A stretch of 64,000 nucleotides of DNA, taken from IMG/VR virus record IMGVR_UViG_3300030419_006251, positions 32,001 to 96,000 of that record; one strand, written 5' to 3'. The notes below the pieces were generated by a model. It worked only from the letters and a program-made list of their open reading frames with translations. It searched no databases and was not told the DNA's origin. The DNA is from a virus. Lineage: Duplodnaviria > Caudoviricetes. Made by a program: the position numbers and the translations under genes. Positions 27,601 to 37,469 of this stretch are shown in pieces. Each line of letters starts with the position of its first letter. The stretch's first letter is position 1.

Positions 27601-27951
27601 TCATTCAAACGGCCAATGAAGCCCGGTCAGTCTCTCAAAATCACTTATAGAGCGCTGCAGTACTGCTTTGTTTTTATAAGTTCGCGGATCGTCTAAACCA
27701 TGCTGGCGCCACGAGTCCATATATCTCTTTTCATTTGCCAATGCTCTTACAAAAGAATTAACTTGTGCTGGATTTCCTCTAATTTTAACTGGCGGCGCGC
27801 CGGCGCCGCCAAACATGTGACCAAGAATCTTTTCTACGGCCCAGCCAAACATACGCAAAAACCCGCCCTCTTGAATTTGTCCGGATTGGGCACCAGTTAA
27901 ATCAATTACAATCGGCGTTACTTTATCTTCGTTTATTTGTTTATTTGCCAT
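27601..27951 (-). CDS. Hypothetical virion-associated protein (116 aa)
   Basis: Late motif upstream (27969-27977); lies in the tail cluster. Confidence 0.6.
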   Translation of the reverse strand: MANKQINEDKVTPIVIDLTGAQSGQIQEGGFLRMFGWAVEKILGHMFGGAGAPPVKIRGNPAQVNSFVRALANEKRYMDSWRQHGLDDPRTYKNKAVLQRSISDFERLTGLHWPFE

Positions 27952-27984
27952 AATATAAGTCCATAAAATAATTAGTTATACACA

Positions 27985-28018
27985 AAAGAAAAGCTGGAAA
28001 AGTTTCCTCTTCCAGCTT
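27985..28018 (-). terminator. Rho-independent terminator
   Basis: AAGCTGGAAGAG-GAAA-CTTTTCCAGCTT followed by TTCTTT. Confidence 0.8.
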
Positions 28019-28024
28019 AAGAAG

Positions 28025-28210
28025 CTATCTTGTGCTTCCCCTTTTTGCGTCCTGCTGGGCGCGTTCGATCTGCTCGCGCTCATCTTCGAAATGCTTTGCT
28101 AGTCTTTCTACAAACCAGCGCCGCAAAGCAACAGGTAAATTGTAAGCCTCAAAGAAAGACCAACTACCATGATGCTTTAATAAGAAAAATTCTTCATAAA
28201 CATTTGCCAT
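28025..28210 (-). CDS. Tail assembly chaperone downstream ORF (T-like part of a G/GT pair)
   Basis: MANVYEEFFLLKHHGSWSFFEAYNLPVALRRWFVERL; the frame is open upstream through the T7 run at 28229-28235. Confidence 0.7.
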   Translation of the reverse strand: MANVYEEFFLLKHHGSWSFFEAYNLPVALRRWFVERLAKHFEDEREQIERAQQDAKRGSTR

Positions 28211-28214
28211 ATAC

Positions 28215-29084
28215 TCATCGGTTAGGCCAAAAAAAGTCCGCCGTAAACGGTACCTCCAGTCGGGAATCTGTCCCGCACTCGGCGCACACAAAGGGCAGAG
28301 CCATATCAACATTTGGAACTAGACTATTATAAGCTACTCGCAAATATTGCGCATCCAAAGTAGGCATATTGTCAATAAAATTATTTAATTCATTTTTTGA
28401 ATTATATCCATCGACTGACACGACAAATTGTTTCATCTGTGTTGTGATTGGAGTTTCTTGCAGTCTATGTTTTTTACGATTCTCCACCACCTTCATTACA
28501 TGTTTCTCATCGTAACCATTTAACAGTCGAACTTCTGCTTGATATCCAGTTTTAGGCAACTTAATCAGAAATGTACTGTTCTCTGTTGGGCCCTCGATAT
28601 TCATATCAGCCCAAGAATCTCCATAGTTAATTCCAACCTCCATAAGATCAAAGTTGTTCGAACCTTCTGCACTACAGGCTGGGCAAATCGCCCTTGTTTC
28701 ATAATCAGCTCCGTATGCGTGTATCCTGGTTTGTACAAGAATTGCGTTTTTGTCGCCGATAAGAAGACTATTGACATCGACATTTTTGTCGACTAACACA
28801 CTCTGTATAAGTCGTTCGATGGCCAAGCCTTTCTTGAGCAAAGAGCGAGAAGTTAATATATCCTCGTCCTTAGCAGTCATGTGTCGAATCTCGACAACCT
28901 CTTGATTGTGCAGAGGATGATCCTCGGCGTAATATTTGCCCCGACTTGGCAACTCTACAAATTCGGTCGGAACAACAAATGATAAACCCTGCTTTTCTGC
29001 AGCGGCGTTAGCGGTCTGTACGGCCGCAGATGAAGGATCCGATGGGGCGGGGGCCCCAAGACGATCCCGATTGTTTCTAGACAT
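28215..29084 (-). CDS. Tail/baseplate assembly chaperone (gp26/gp51- or gpG-like)
   Basis: VELPSRG..Y, MTAKDEDIL, LLIGDKNAIL, CPAC and CAEC Zn ribbons; between tube and tape measure. Confidence 0.7.
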   Translation of the reverse strand: MSRNNRDRLGAPAPSDPSSAAVQTANAAAEKQGLSFVVPTEFVELPSRGKYYAEDHPLHNQEVVEIRHMTAKDEDILTSRSLLKKGLAIERLIQSVLVDKNVDVNSLLIGDKNAILVQTRIHAYGADYETRAICPACSAEGSNNFDLMEVGINYGDSWADMNIEGPTENSTFLIKLPKTGYQAEVRLLNGYDEKHVMKVVENRKKHRLQETPITTQMKQFVVSVDGYNSKNELNNFIDNMPTLDAQYLRVAYNSLVPNVDMALPFVCAECGTDSRLEVPFTADFFWPNR

Positions 29085-29150
29085 TTACACCTCGTTTTTA
29101 TTATACTATCATGAAACGATTGTTTGTTAAAATGATTTAATTTATGTTAT

Positions 29151-29837
29151 TTATTTCCAGATTCCAGTTGGGCCATAGTTTGTGATAACTTGAGACCTGT
29201 CGCTATCGTCGATGTCGCCGGCTGGACCATTTGAGCGCACATAGGTCGCCCAGTCATACCTTATTGATGTATCAACAGTAAGCATTTCATCACTTCCGTA
29301 ATCTAAACCAGATAGTCGAACACTTTTAAAGAAAGCATTATGCAGGGTCCATCTTTCAACTTCCAAACCATTAGCGTTGACAAGAACAATAGCAACATCG
29401 CCTAACTGATCAACCATAGCCTGTTTTCCTAAAGTCATTAGGTTCAGATCGACTCCTGTTCCCGCGCCTGTTTCCGGAGATGTAGACGGGCCAGCAGCAG
29501 ATGGAAAATTATATCCGGCTTGATTGAGCATTTGTAAAAATACATCTGCTGCTCCGTCGGCGCCGATGACATCAACAAAGGAAATACTAATTTCATTCCA
29601 CTCTACTCTGCCAGGATAATAAAACTTGTGATTAAGATATGTATGTTCTGTTTCTGAAACAGATAGAGACGGGCGGTCCACTCTTTTACATGCATACTGC
29701 AAAGAACTTCCTCCAGAAGAGATCGCGCCGCCGCCGCCATTGGTGGTCGATGGTGTGGATCCGAGGTTCGTAAACGAAACATACCATCTATAAGCTCTTT
29801 TAGGTTCTTGAGATGCGTTTCTCCAAAATTCTGCCAT
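29151..29837 (-). CDS. Tail tube protein (gp19-like)
   Basis: EPKRAYRW, YYPGRVEWNEISISFVD, ERWTLHNAF and LDYGSDEM...IRYDWA; follows the sheath. Confidence 0.88.
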   Translation of the reverse strand: MAEFWRNASQEPKRAYRWYVSFTNLGSTPSTTNGGGGAISSGGSSLQYACKRVDRPSLSVSETEHTYLNHKFYYPGRVEWNEISISFVDVIGADGAADVFLQMLNQAGYNFPSAAGPSTSPETGAGTGVDLNLMTLGKQAMVDQLGDVAIVLVNANGLEVERWTLHNAFFKSVRLSGLDYGSDEMLTVDTSIRYDWATYVRSNGPAGDIDDSDRSQVITNYGPTGIWK

Positions 29838-29879
29838 TTAAAATGTTCTCCCTTTGTTGTATATAGTCTTCATTTGTTT

Positions 29880-32800
29880 TTAGTCTTCAAAAGATGCTCC
29901 ACTTTTTGTAATAATAAAGTCAATTGCAATAAATTCAATCGCTCTAGCCGGCTTAAGGTAAACCTGAGCATAAAGAATGTTTCTATCGATCAGATCATCC
30001 GTGGTTGTGGTTTCATCTAACTTGACCAGATAATCGGTTAACCCGTAATTTGCCTTAACTCCCTCAAGGAAGGTATCAGCAGCTGATTTGAACTTGGCCC
30101 ATGTGTCGGAAACATTTGGCTCGAACAGTATTGTTGCTGCAATGATAGAAATTTCTTTCTTAACATGTAGAAGCAGACGGCGAACATTGATTCTATCCAA
30201 CGCGGAGGGAACCGCTTGAAGGGTCTTCTGACCAAACACCACAATTCCTTCTGCTGGGAACTTAGCAATTGGGTTGATGCTGTGCTCATACAAATCATCT
30301 CTCTGTTCAGATGTTAATCTAGTGTGCACATTCAACACCTTGAGGCCTGCTGCGCCGGTGTCTGAGCCCATGCTATCAAGCCCACCTCGTTTGAACCCGG
30401 CTGGGGCAAACCATGGTGCATTGTTCTCAATAGCTTGCGAGTATCCAAGAACACCGACAGCAATCGCAGAAGGCGGCAGCCAAAGTCTTCTTTTAGAACG
30501 AGAATCTTGAACCTGAACCCATGGATAATAAGCACAACCATAGCTGCTATCAGCCTCTCTGGATTTAAGATTGCTCACAATTGTCGTAACATTTCCGCGT
30601 CTTGCAGAGGCTGAATCACTAGATTCTGTACGCGGTACGAATCCACCTTCGATATCAATGATGGCCAAAGCATCCGCTCTATCTTCGCAGACCGAGAGGA
30701 GCTTATCTGTAAGGTTACGCTCAGTAAGCCCGGGCATAGAAAGGATATTGAATTCCACATACTCGGGATCTTGCAAAATCTCAGCTGCTCTCATGACGGT
30801 GTTATAAGCATAATTAAGTGTTCGGTCGCCACTACAATCATCAAGGAATGTGTTTCTAAAAGGTTCTGCTTCTTGCAGATCTAGTCCGTCATGACCACCA
30901 TGGAACATAGTAGTAAAGCGGTTGTAACCCATGTCGCAAAGGCCGCGGCGGTCATCAGAAAATGCGCCCGAAGCTGCTGTCCAGCTTCTCATCGCCGCAT
31001 CTGGGCGTACCGCAACAGAATTTTCGCGAGCGGAAGTTGTCTGACGGGAACCGGAAACATAATAAGCTCTGGGCTTCTGTATTTCAGAAGTGGCAGAACT
31101 AGGGCCAGCATTGTCTTCCAACTGAATATCGTCCAGTGTAAAGACCCAAGCATATTCCATATCATTTGCGTATGGGTCATCAACATATGAGGTATAATAA
31201 GATGGGACATGGCGCGCCACATCTTTCAGACTACGGTCAATGGAGTGAAGCGGGCCTTCGGTGCCTCTTGTTTTCTGGCGAGACCAGTCGACTCCAAAGC
31301 TTCTATGGTAATTTGCGTCCCATTTGTCTGCAATCTTAATAAGCTTTGGTGCGGGAAAATCAAACGATGCAGAATATGGCACGAGTCCGAGATGAAGTAG
31401 CGGCTGGGATGCCTCCGGCACATCTTTACCAGCCGTATGTGCAAAGTTTGCTAAGCCTACAACGGGGATGCTTCCCGATGCGTCAATAAATGCATTTGTG
31501 AATGCAGAACCGGTTGTTCCGGTAACTATTGCATTTTGCCCTCTGTGGTCCGCACCTCCGGAAAAGCCTGAGACCGTAAACTGTGAGATGTCGGTTGTTA
31601 TCGTCGTGTTTCCGGCATCTCCAGTCGTGGCCTGTGTAAATGTAATTGACTGAATACCATCTCCAGTACCAGTGATGGTGCCGGTTGTAATTTTGTCTTT
31701 TAGTGGCGAAGTAGCTGAGTTCAATGTATCTTTAAATTCATTTAATACAGTAGCTTGTGAATTTGAATTCAAGTTACACCTAACAGCGATACAAGTGCCT
31801 TCTGCCAATAAAGTTGCGGATGGGGTGCCTGTACCTAAATCAGAAGATGCGTCCAAAATAGTGCCTGAAGCAACTGCGTCAGTTTCCGAGGCGTCGGAAA
31901 GTATAAATATCCCTACCGTGCCATCTGCTGCTGTCATCTTAACATATTCACCTTCTGTGAATTGGTTGGCTGTTGCATCGTCGCCGTCTGCCGTTGTTAT
32001 TTTTCCAGTGGCAGCAACTGCATCCACTACATCATAGACGCTGGTAGAGCCGCTAACGACTGCGAATGATCGAAACCTGGGAGGCCCAAATACGCCAAAA
32101 GGTAGAAGCTCTGCTTGTGTGTTACCTCTGTCGACTTGCTCATTCATCTCAATGCGAATCAAGGAAGACATATTATCATATGTCCCATATTCTCTCATAA
32201 CAAGCTTGTCAGAATCCCACTCCACATATCTATCACCGATTAACTTCGCGATATAATTGTCGCTGTCCGGATCCAAAGTACAGCTGCTATAAATCTCAGT
32301 AGCAGTACCGGGAGTTTCTTTTGCTCCGAGAGGCCTCACCACGACATCAAAAGTACCATATGCATATTTATTAGGATGTGAAGCCCTCTTAATATTTTCA
32401 ATAGAAACTTTATAATTATTCTGTAACCATTCACCATGATTCATACCAATAAATCTAAATAATTTTTGCTGGTCCAGTGCATTATATGAAGCGGCGGCGC
32501 CGACATCTTGACTAATAAACCATCCGGTTCGGCCGTCTCGGAATGCTTCGCGGTGCTGTTGCCACTCGGCATTTGAATTACCTAGGCCGGCAACAAAGCC
32601 GACCTGATCGCCAGCCGAAGAAGAAATAGCATAAACTAATTCGTCCAGAGACTGCTCAAAGGATTCGCCGAGCCAGTATGTTAGTCTATCGGCAGAACTA
32701 TTGATGCTACCGTTTGTTCTGGTAGGATCTGTGTTAAATTGATTTCTAATATATCCATCAACGCCCGAATCGAAATGAAACTCTGCTTCTTTTACTGATT

Positions 32801-33485
32801 GTCCGGCACTATTTCTGATAACTGCTTTAAATCTTGCAAAGTTAGTATCCATAGATTGAAACATTTGAGCAGAGCCAGAAGTCACAGTCGAACCATCCAC
32901 TAGTGTACCAGTTAATTCAATCGATCCCTCAGTCAAGTACCACACTGCCGCGAGAGAGCCGGTATAGTGGTACGCCGTAACACCAGAAGTCGGTTGATTG
33001 GCGTCCGTTACTGAGGCCGAAGGGGCAATGAAGAGGCCAAATGCGCCGCCATTAGTCGCCTGGGCTGCAACATTAGTGTCGCCTGAAGAAACATGCGTCA
33101 CGGAAGTACCGGACGAATTCTTTGTATCCCAGCCGGCATAACCAGCAGTGGTTGCAGAGCCGTTCTGAGTGCCCATAAGCCTTACGATTGTGACCGGAGC
33201 AACGCCGGATTGCAGCCATGCTTCAGCAGCATATGCAGAATAGGTCGGACCACCGTGTGCGTCTCCTCGCCAACCATCGCGAGAAGAGCCGCCAGCATGA
33301 GGATCTCCAAAAAGTTCCGAAAACTCTTGATAGCTTGAAACTACAACCGGGCGCATACCTGGGCCCTGCTTAAATCGCCCGATAAGCGCTGGTCCCCTCT
33401 CTGGTCGTGTTGGGGTAAGTACAGACTGATCGATCTCCTTAAGAAAAATTCCTGGCGATACGAATCTATAACCTTTTACTGACAT
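29880..33485 (-). CDS. Contractile tail sheath protein (gp18-like) with insertion domains
   Basis: FVSPGIFLKEIDQS start; YGCAYYPWV, PWFAPAGFKRG, FGQKTLQ..SALDRINVRRLL and KPARAIEFIAIDF. Confidence 0.93.
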   Translation of the reverse strand: MSVKGYRFVSPGIFLKEIDQSVLTPTRPERGPALIGRFKQGPGMRPVVVSSYQEFSELFGDPHAGGSSRDGWRGDAHGGPTYSAYAAEAWLQSGVAPVTIVRLMGTQNGSATTAGYAGWDTKNSSGTSVTHVSSGDTNVAAQATNGGAFGLFIAPSASVTDANQPTSGVTAYHYTGSLAAVWYLTEGSIELTGTLVDGSTVTSGSAQMFQSMDTNFARFKAVIRNSAGQSVKEAEFHFDSGVDGYIRNQFNTDPTRTNGSINSSADRLTYWLGESFEQSLDELVYAISSSAGDQVGFVAGLGNSNAEWQQHREAFRDGRTGWFISQDVGAAASYNALDQQKLFRFIGMNHGEWLQNNYKVSIENIKRASHPNKYAYGTFDVVVRPLGAKETPGTATEIYSSCTLDPDSDNYIAKLIGDRYVEWDSDKLVMREYGTYDNMSSLIRIEMNEQVDRGNTQAELLPFGVFGPPRFRSFAVVSGSTSVYDVVDAVAATGKITTADGDDATANQFTEGEYVKMTAADGTVGIFILSDASETDAVASGTILDASSDLGTGTPSATLLAEGTCIAVRCNLNSNSQATVLNEFKDTLNSATSPLKDKITTGTITGTGDGIQSITFTQATTGDAGNTTITTDISQFTVSGFSGGADHRGQNAIVTGTTGSAFTNAFIDASGSIPVVGLANFAHTAGKDVPEASQPLLHLGLVPYSASFDFPAPKLIKIADKWDANYHRSFGVDWSRQKTRGTEGPLHSIDRSLKDVARHVPSYYTSYVDDPYANDMEYAWVFTLDDIQLEDNAGPSSATSEIQKPRAYYVSGSRQTTSARENSVAVRPDAAMRSWTAASGAFSDDRRGLCDMGYNRFTTMFHGGHDGLDLQEAEPFRNTFLDDCSGDRTLNYAYNTVMRAAEILQDPEYVEFNILSMPGLTERNLTDKLLSVCEDRADALAIIDIEGGFVPRTESSDSASARRGNVTTIVSNLKSREADSSYGCAYYPWVQVQDSRSKRRLWLPPSAIAVGVLGYSQAIENNAPWFAPAGFKRGGLDSMGSDTGAAGLKVLNVHTRLTSEQRDDLYEHSINPIAKFPAEGIVVFGQKTLQAVPSALDRINVRRLLLHVKKEISIIAATILFEPNVSDTWAKFKSAADTFLEGVKANYGLTDYLVKLDETTTTDDLIDRNILYAQVYLKPARAIEFIAIDFIITKSGASFED

Positions 33486-33545
33486 TCCGTGTTTAACTCC
33501 TTAATAAATTATTTAGTTGTGCTTGATACACTATTTTATCGTTAG

Positions 33546-33554
33546 TAAATAGTT
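33546..33554 (-). promoter_or_regulatory. Putative late promoter motif
   Basis: AACTATTTA in the intergenic region before the sheath gene. Confidence 0.55.
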
Positions 33555-33596
33555 GATAAAAAGTTGAAAATCCAAAATTACTGTTTAATACCGAAA

Positions 33597-34457
33597 TTAA
33601 AACTCTCTATAATCTTTGTCTCTATCTAAATAGGGATTAATATCACCCAAAGCCGTTCTTTCTCTTGAAATCTTTACCTCTACGGCATTCTCTCTTACAA
33701 CAATTTTTGGACGATCGTCGTTTTCTTCAGAACCCATTATGTATCCTTGAACTTTTACTGCTAACGAGGCCTCATAAAGTTTTTCCGACTCTCCAACATC
33801 TGATATGTTTCCGCCGATAGAGTAGTCTACATCAAGAAAAGCTTCGTAAGTGTGCCCATCCGCAGATATTATAAAAGAATTGATTGAAGAGCTATCTGGA
33901 TGATTTATAAATGTTGCTATAATTTGGTTGGCCTGTTGTTGGTAGTCCGTTTTAATAACAATGTTGTAATTAATGTTTAAATATACTGGTACGGGCACTG
34001 TAATGGTTTCATACACGACTGCCGGATTGGTCGTCTTGTCTACCGTGGAGGGGTATCGATTTACTCTCTCGTTGGCATTGTTTGATGTCTTGGCTTGACT
34101 TATTCTGCGACTAATTTGTCTTGTTCCTCCACGAACTGATCTCAAGTCTGTCCCGCTTTCATTGACATTGCTGGGGAGTGCTGCATAATGGCCTCCTTTA
34201 TCGATAGGATCCTTCACAATAGAAGCGCGCTCAATTGATATTAAAGGTAGCTTAAGTACACCATTCGAATCTCGCAAATCTTTATCATTTTTAATATGAA
34301 AGTTTCTTTCAGCGGACAACCATATGACCGGCACTTTTTTCCAACCTTTATTTGTGTCTGTATGTATATTCATGCCTTCTTTAAGCCAATTAAAGAACGC
34401 TCGATCGATGGTTTCAATCGTTGATGGCATTAATTCATACTCTCTCATTTTAGACAT
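33597..34457 (-). CDS. Tail completion/terminator protein (gp15-like)
   Basis: STIETIDRAF, KVPVIW..AER and LKLPLISIER; between neck and sheath. Confidence 0.65.
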   Translation of the reverse strand: MSKMREYELMPSTIETIDRAFFNWLKEGMNIHTDTNKGWKKVPVIWLSAERNFHIKNDKDLRDSNGVLKLPLISIERASIVKDPIDKGGHYAALPSNVNESGTDLRSVRGGTRQISRRISQAKTSNNANERVNRYPSTVDKTTNPAVVYETITVPVPVYLNINYNIVIKTDYQQQANQIIATFINHPDSSSINSFIISADGHTYEAFLDVDYSIGGNISDVGESEKLYEASLAVKVQGYIMGSEENDDRPKIVVRENAVEVKISRERTALGDINPYLDRDKDYREF

Positions 34458-34468
34458 ATGTTATCCTC

Positions 34469-34957
34469 CTACGATGCATCAAATATTCCCTCTCTAGCTC
34501 TTACACCTCTTGCGACGATCGCTGTTTTGTGGTCAATTTGGCCAAACATCTGATCGGGCTCTGATAACGAGACAATTTCATAATAAATCTTACCATATAA
34601 AACAAAGTCTCCTTCTCGTACATATAAATCCTGGTCTTCGGTTAACCTTCTTTTGTGAAAATAGACGGTTATAGCGGATTCTTTATCTAAACCAATATTG
34701 CCTGTACTCGTGCTTATTCCTTCCCAGTCAACTCTGGCATAAACGCGTATAGGGGGCAAGAAAGTCTTCTGAATCGCCTCTCCGTATATGTCGTGATAGT
34801 TTGTTCTTTGAATATCTATTGGGTAATATAGTACTTGCTGGCCTGCGACTCGCTCGATTAACTCATCATTAACTTGCTTGACAAGATCTCTCTCTTTTTT
34901 ACCAGCAAAGAGCGGTGAAGGGGGCTGTTCGGGTTGTTTCCATTTGTTTCCTGCCAC
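34469..34957 (-). CDS. Neck/head-closure protein (gp14-like)
   Basis: GQQVLYY, YHDIYGEA and REGDFVLYG; synteny. Confidence 0.65.
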   Translation of the reverse strand: MAGNKWKQPEQPPSPLFAGKKERDLVKQVNDELIERVAGQQVLYYPIDIQRTNYHDIYGEAIQKTFLPPIRVYARVDWEGISTSTGNIGLDKESAITVYFHKRRLTEDQDLYVREGDFVLYGKIYYEIVSLSEPDQMFGQIDHKTAIVARGVRAREGIFDAS

Positions 34958-34969
34958 TTATATATCCCC

Positions 34970-36241
34970 CTATCCTACGATTATCGGCAGAGGTACCTTC
35001 TCTTGTATAGACCTTGCCGTATCGGCCACGCCGGCATCTTTTTCCATAAGTCTGGCATATGTCAATTCGTCCAATGTACTCTTCAACTCTTCTCTGAGTT
35101 TATCTTGTTCTTCTCTAGCTTCCACTATTAAGGTCGATCCATTTAAGGTTATATCTGAGCCTGGAATTGGAAGTGCTGCAAATTTGCTGCGAACTTGCCC
35201 TAAGATCTCCTTTGTTAAGGCCAGTGCAAATCGACGGATCCATTGTTTACCAATTGCATTGATATTCTTATAAGGAATATTTTCAAACGGAAGCGTATTC
35301 ATGTTGTTAATACCCTGTGTGCCGCTTTGTTTGTTATTGTCCTCTTCCCACGGGTTTTCGTCTATAGTAAATTGAAACCATATTTTCGTAGGGCTAACAG
35401 AAGAGGGCTTAGGGTATATTCTAATTCTATTATCTTTAAGTTCATATGAGTAGTGAGAAACTCTTGTCCAAATATTATCTTCAAACTGCATTGCTTGAAG
35501 TTTATTATGCCAAGCAGGAATTAACTCGAAGGTTGAATCATCGGCATACATACCATAAGAAGACATGTTCCCAACAGTGTTGATTCCTCCATAATACCCA
35601 AAGAATCTCCACATCGCGTGAGGAGTTTTAAAGAACACTTTCTTGATACGGATCTTTTTGCCCGGGCGAGCGACTTTATCAGTATATTCTTCACCAGTTG
35701 CTTCTGCGACCAATTGCTGCAAGTCATAATCCTGTTGGCCCTCGGCTGTGGCAAATGACGCTGAATATTCAGTCCTATCGCCTCCGACGCCGGCTCGTTG
35801 CGCAAACCCATCCGAGACTCTTCGCTCATATGCAAAGGTATATTTAGGATATTTTAGGGCAACGGCTCTGTCGGTAGCGTTGGAGCCAGAAAGTGGGTCT
35901 GAGGCTACTAACCTTCCTAAATAATCAAAACTACCTGTGGCCGAACCAAGATAATCAGACAACACATTTTTAGATTGATGTATGTTTATTATATAAGAGT
36001 ACTCAAGTACTGCTTCTTCATATGCAGCGTAAACATTTCCTGCAGTTAACTCAATATCTAGAATATCGCCGCCGAGTTTTTTATATGTATAGGATACCTG
36101 CGCAGATGCACCGTCCAAAAAATCAGATGAGTTAGAATAAACTCCATATGGAAGCGATCCGGAAACAAGGTTCCGGCTTCCAGTCGACGGTAACACTACA
36201 GCGCTCAGTTGACTTACTGGAGTAAGCGTGGGGTGTGACAT
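34970..36241 (-). CDS. Neck/head-tail adaptor protein (gp13-like)
   Basis: LGGDILDIEL, WIRRFALALTKEILGQVRSKF..LPIPG..ITLNG. Confidence 0.75.
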   Translation of the reverse strand: MSHPTLTPVSQLSAVVLPSTGSRNLVSGSLPYGVYSNSSDFLDGASAQVSYTYKKLGGDILDIELTAGNVYAAYEEAVLEYSYIINIHQSKNVLSDYLGSATGSFDYLGRLVASDPLSGSNATDRAVALKYPKYTFAYERRVSDGFAQRAGVGGDRTEYSASFATAEGQQDYDLQQLVAEATGEEYTDKVARPGKKIRIKKVFFKTPHAMWRFFGYYGGINTVGNMSSYGMYADDSTFELIPAWHNKLQAMQFEDNIWTRVSHYSYELKDNRIRIYPKPSSVSPTKIWFQFTIDENPWEEDNNKQSGTQGINNMNTLPFENIPYKNINAIGKQWIRRFALALTKEILGQVRSKFAALPIPGSDITLNGSTLIVEAREEQDKLREELKSTLDELTYARLMEKDAGVADTARSIQEKVPLPIIVG

Positions 36242-36304
36242 ACATAGATCCTCCTGTGTCTAAATAGTTAGACGAAGGACAAACCGGCACTTATAAAAGT
36301 ATAA

Positions 36305-36586
36305 TTATTGTTTCGTTGTTTTTTTGGTTGTTCTGGGTTTTCTAGTTGCCGTTTTACGATTAGTTGACTTTCTTGCTGGTCTCGCTTTCGTTGTCTTTTT
36401 CGTTGTATTAGTTTTTGTGGTTTTTTTGGCTGTCTTTTCCTGTGCTGTCTTTACAGTTTTCTCAACCTCTTTTGCGACCTTCTCCACTTGTTCTGATAAA
36501 GCTTCTGTTCGCTTGAGTGTGTCCAGCCATGCACCGCGTTTAGCGTTGAATTTGTTACTTCTTAAAGTTCGTCTTTTTTTGCCCAT
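36305..36586 (-). CDS. Basic Lys/Thr-rich histone-H1-like protein
   Basis: C-terminal KKTTKTNTTKKTTKARPARKSTNRKTATRKPRTTKKTTKQ; SD and late motif upstream. Confidence 0.6.
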   Translation of the reverse strand: MGKKRRTLRSNKFNAKRGAWLDTLKRTEALSEQVEKVAKEVEKTVKTAQEKTAKKTTKTNTTKKTTKARPARKSTNRKTATRKPRTTKKTTKQ

Positions 36587-36619
36587 TGTGGCCTCCTGTG
36601 TTGTAATAATTAGTTCATA

Positions 36620-36657
36620 AAAAAGAAAAAACCCCTAACCACATGGTTAGGGGTTTT
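36620..36657 (-). terminator. Rho-independent terminator
   Basis: AAAACCCCTAACC-ATGT-GGTTAGGGGTTTT followed by a U-rich tract. Confidence 0.85.
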
Positions 36658-36683
36658 ATAATCGATTAATTAAAGTTTAATTA

Positions 36684-37286
36684 TCAAACATCCACTGGGG
36701 CTTGGCCGAGCCACTTGACATAAACTCCCACTTTGGGACTTCCCGTCATAGAACTCAAGTCTTCCTTAGCAGTTACATGTAGGTATGTTGCAGCGGTGCC
36801 CCTCTCTACATAAGCTAAAGTTCCCATAGTGATTCCTTTTCCTAAAACTCCTGCGGTCGCGTCGAGATCACAGTCATTATCTGGTACCGAAACATTGCCA
36901 GACACATCTTCGCCTACGATTTCAGTGCCAGCGGAAGCCGCATCATCTGCAATAGCAGCGCTATGTACTTCCAAAGCCACTAGTCCATGGTTAGATGTAG
37001 CTAACTCAACAGGAATTAATGCCGCTTCAATGATGACAGCTTGTGCCGGCAGATAAACCGAACATGATGCAGCCACATCATCATCATCGGCTGTCGATAC
37101 GGATACCACTTCATAATACTCGTGAATACCATACCCTGTACCTGCTTGTGACGAAACCGATCGTTGAACTCCATTTCCAGTATCTGCGACTTGAACAATA
37201 TTTGTTCCCGCTCCAAAAGAGATCTCTCTCTTTAAGTTTTCCAATAATGCCTCTATTCGCGCGAGGCCCACTCTTTTTGTTCCCAT
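36684..37286 (-). CDS. Putative head decoration/virion protein
   Basis: Directly downstream of MCP; AGGAGG SD before MGTKRVGLAR; beta-rich C-terminal domain. Confidence 0.5.
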   Translation of the reverse strand: MGTKRVGLARIEALLENLKREISFGAGTNIVQVADTGNGVQRSVSSQAGTGYGIHEYYEVVSVSTADDDDVAASCSVYLPAQAVIIEAALIPVELATSNHGLVALEVHSAAIADDAASAGTEIVGEDVSGNVSVPDNDCDLDATAGVLGKGITMGTLAYVERGTAATYLHVTAKEDLSSMTGSPKVGVYVKWLGQAPVDV

Positions 37287-37410
37287 AGTTAAAAACCCTC
37301 CTTTTATAATCATGTTCCTGTATCGACCTATTTCAACGATACTAGGAGGCAGCTCAAGTCTGCCCGATAACTTGGTATGAATCTTGTTGATTCGGTTATA
37401 ACTAGTTCTA

Positions 37411-37445
37411 TAAAAATGAAAGCCCCCACCAAATGGTGGAGGCTT
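37411..37445 (-). terminator. Terminator after the major capsid gene
   Basis: AAGCCTCCACC-ATTT-GGTGGGGGCTT (G-U pair only on the minus strand) then TCATTTTT. Confidence 0.7.
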
Positions 37446-37469
37446 AGCATTATTATTACGCTACTAGAT

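Noticed and set aside
29098-29130. Possible sigma70 promoter before the tail chaperone
   Set aside because: TATAAT is present, but the TTAACA -35 candidate is 19 nt away; too weak to call
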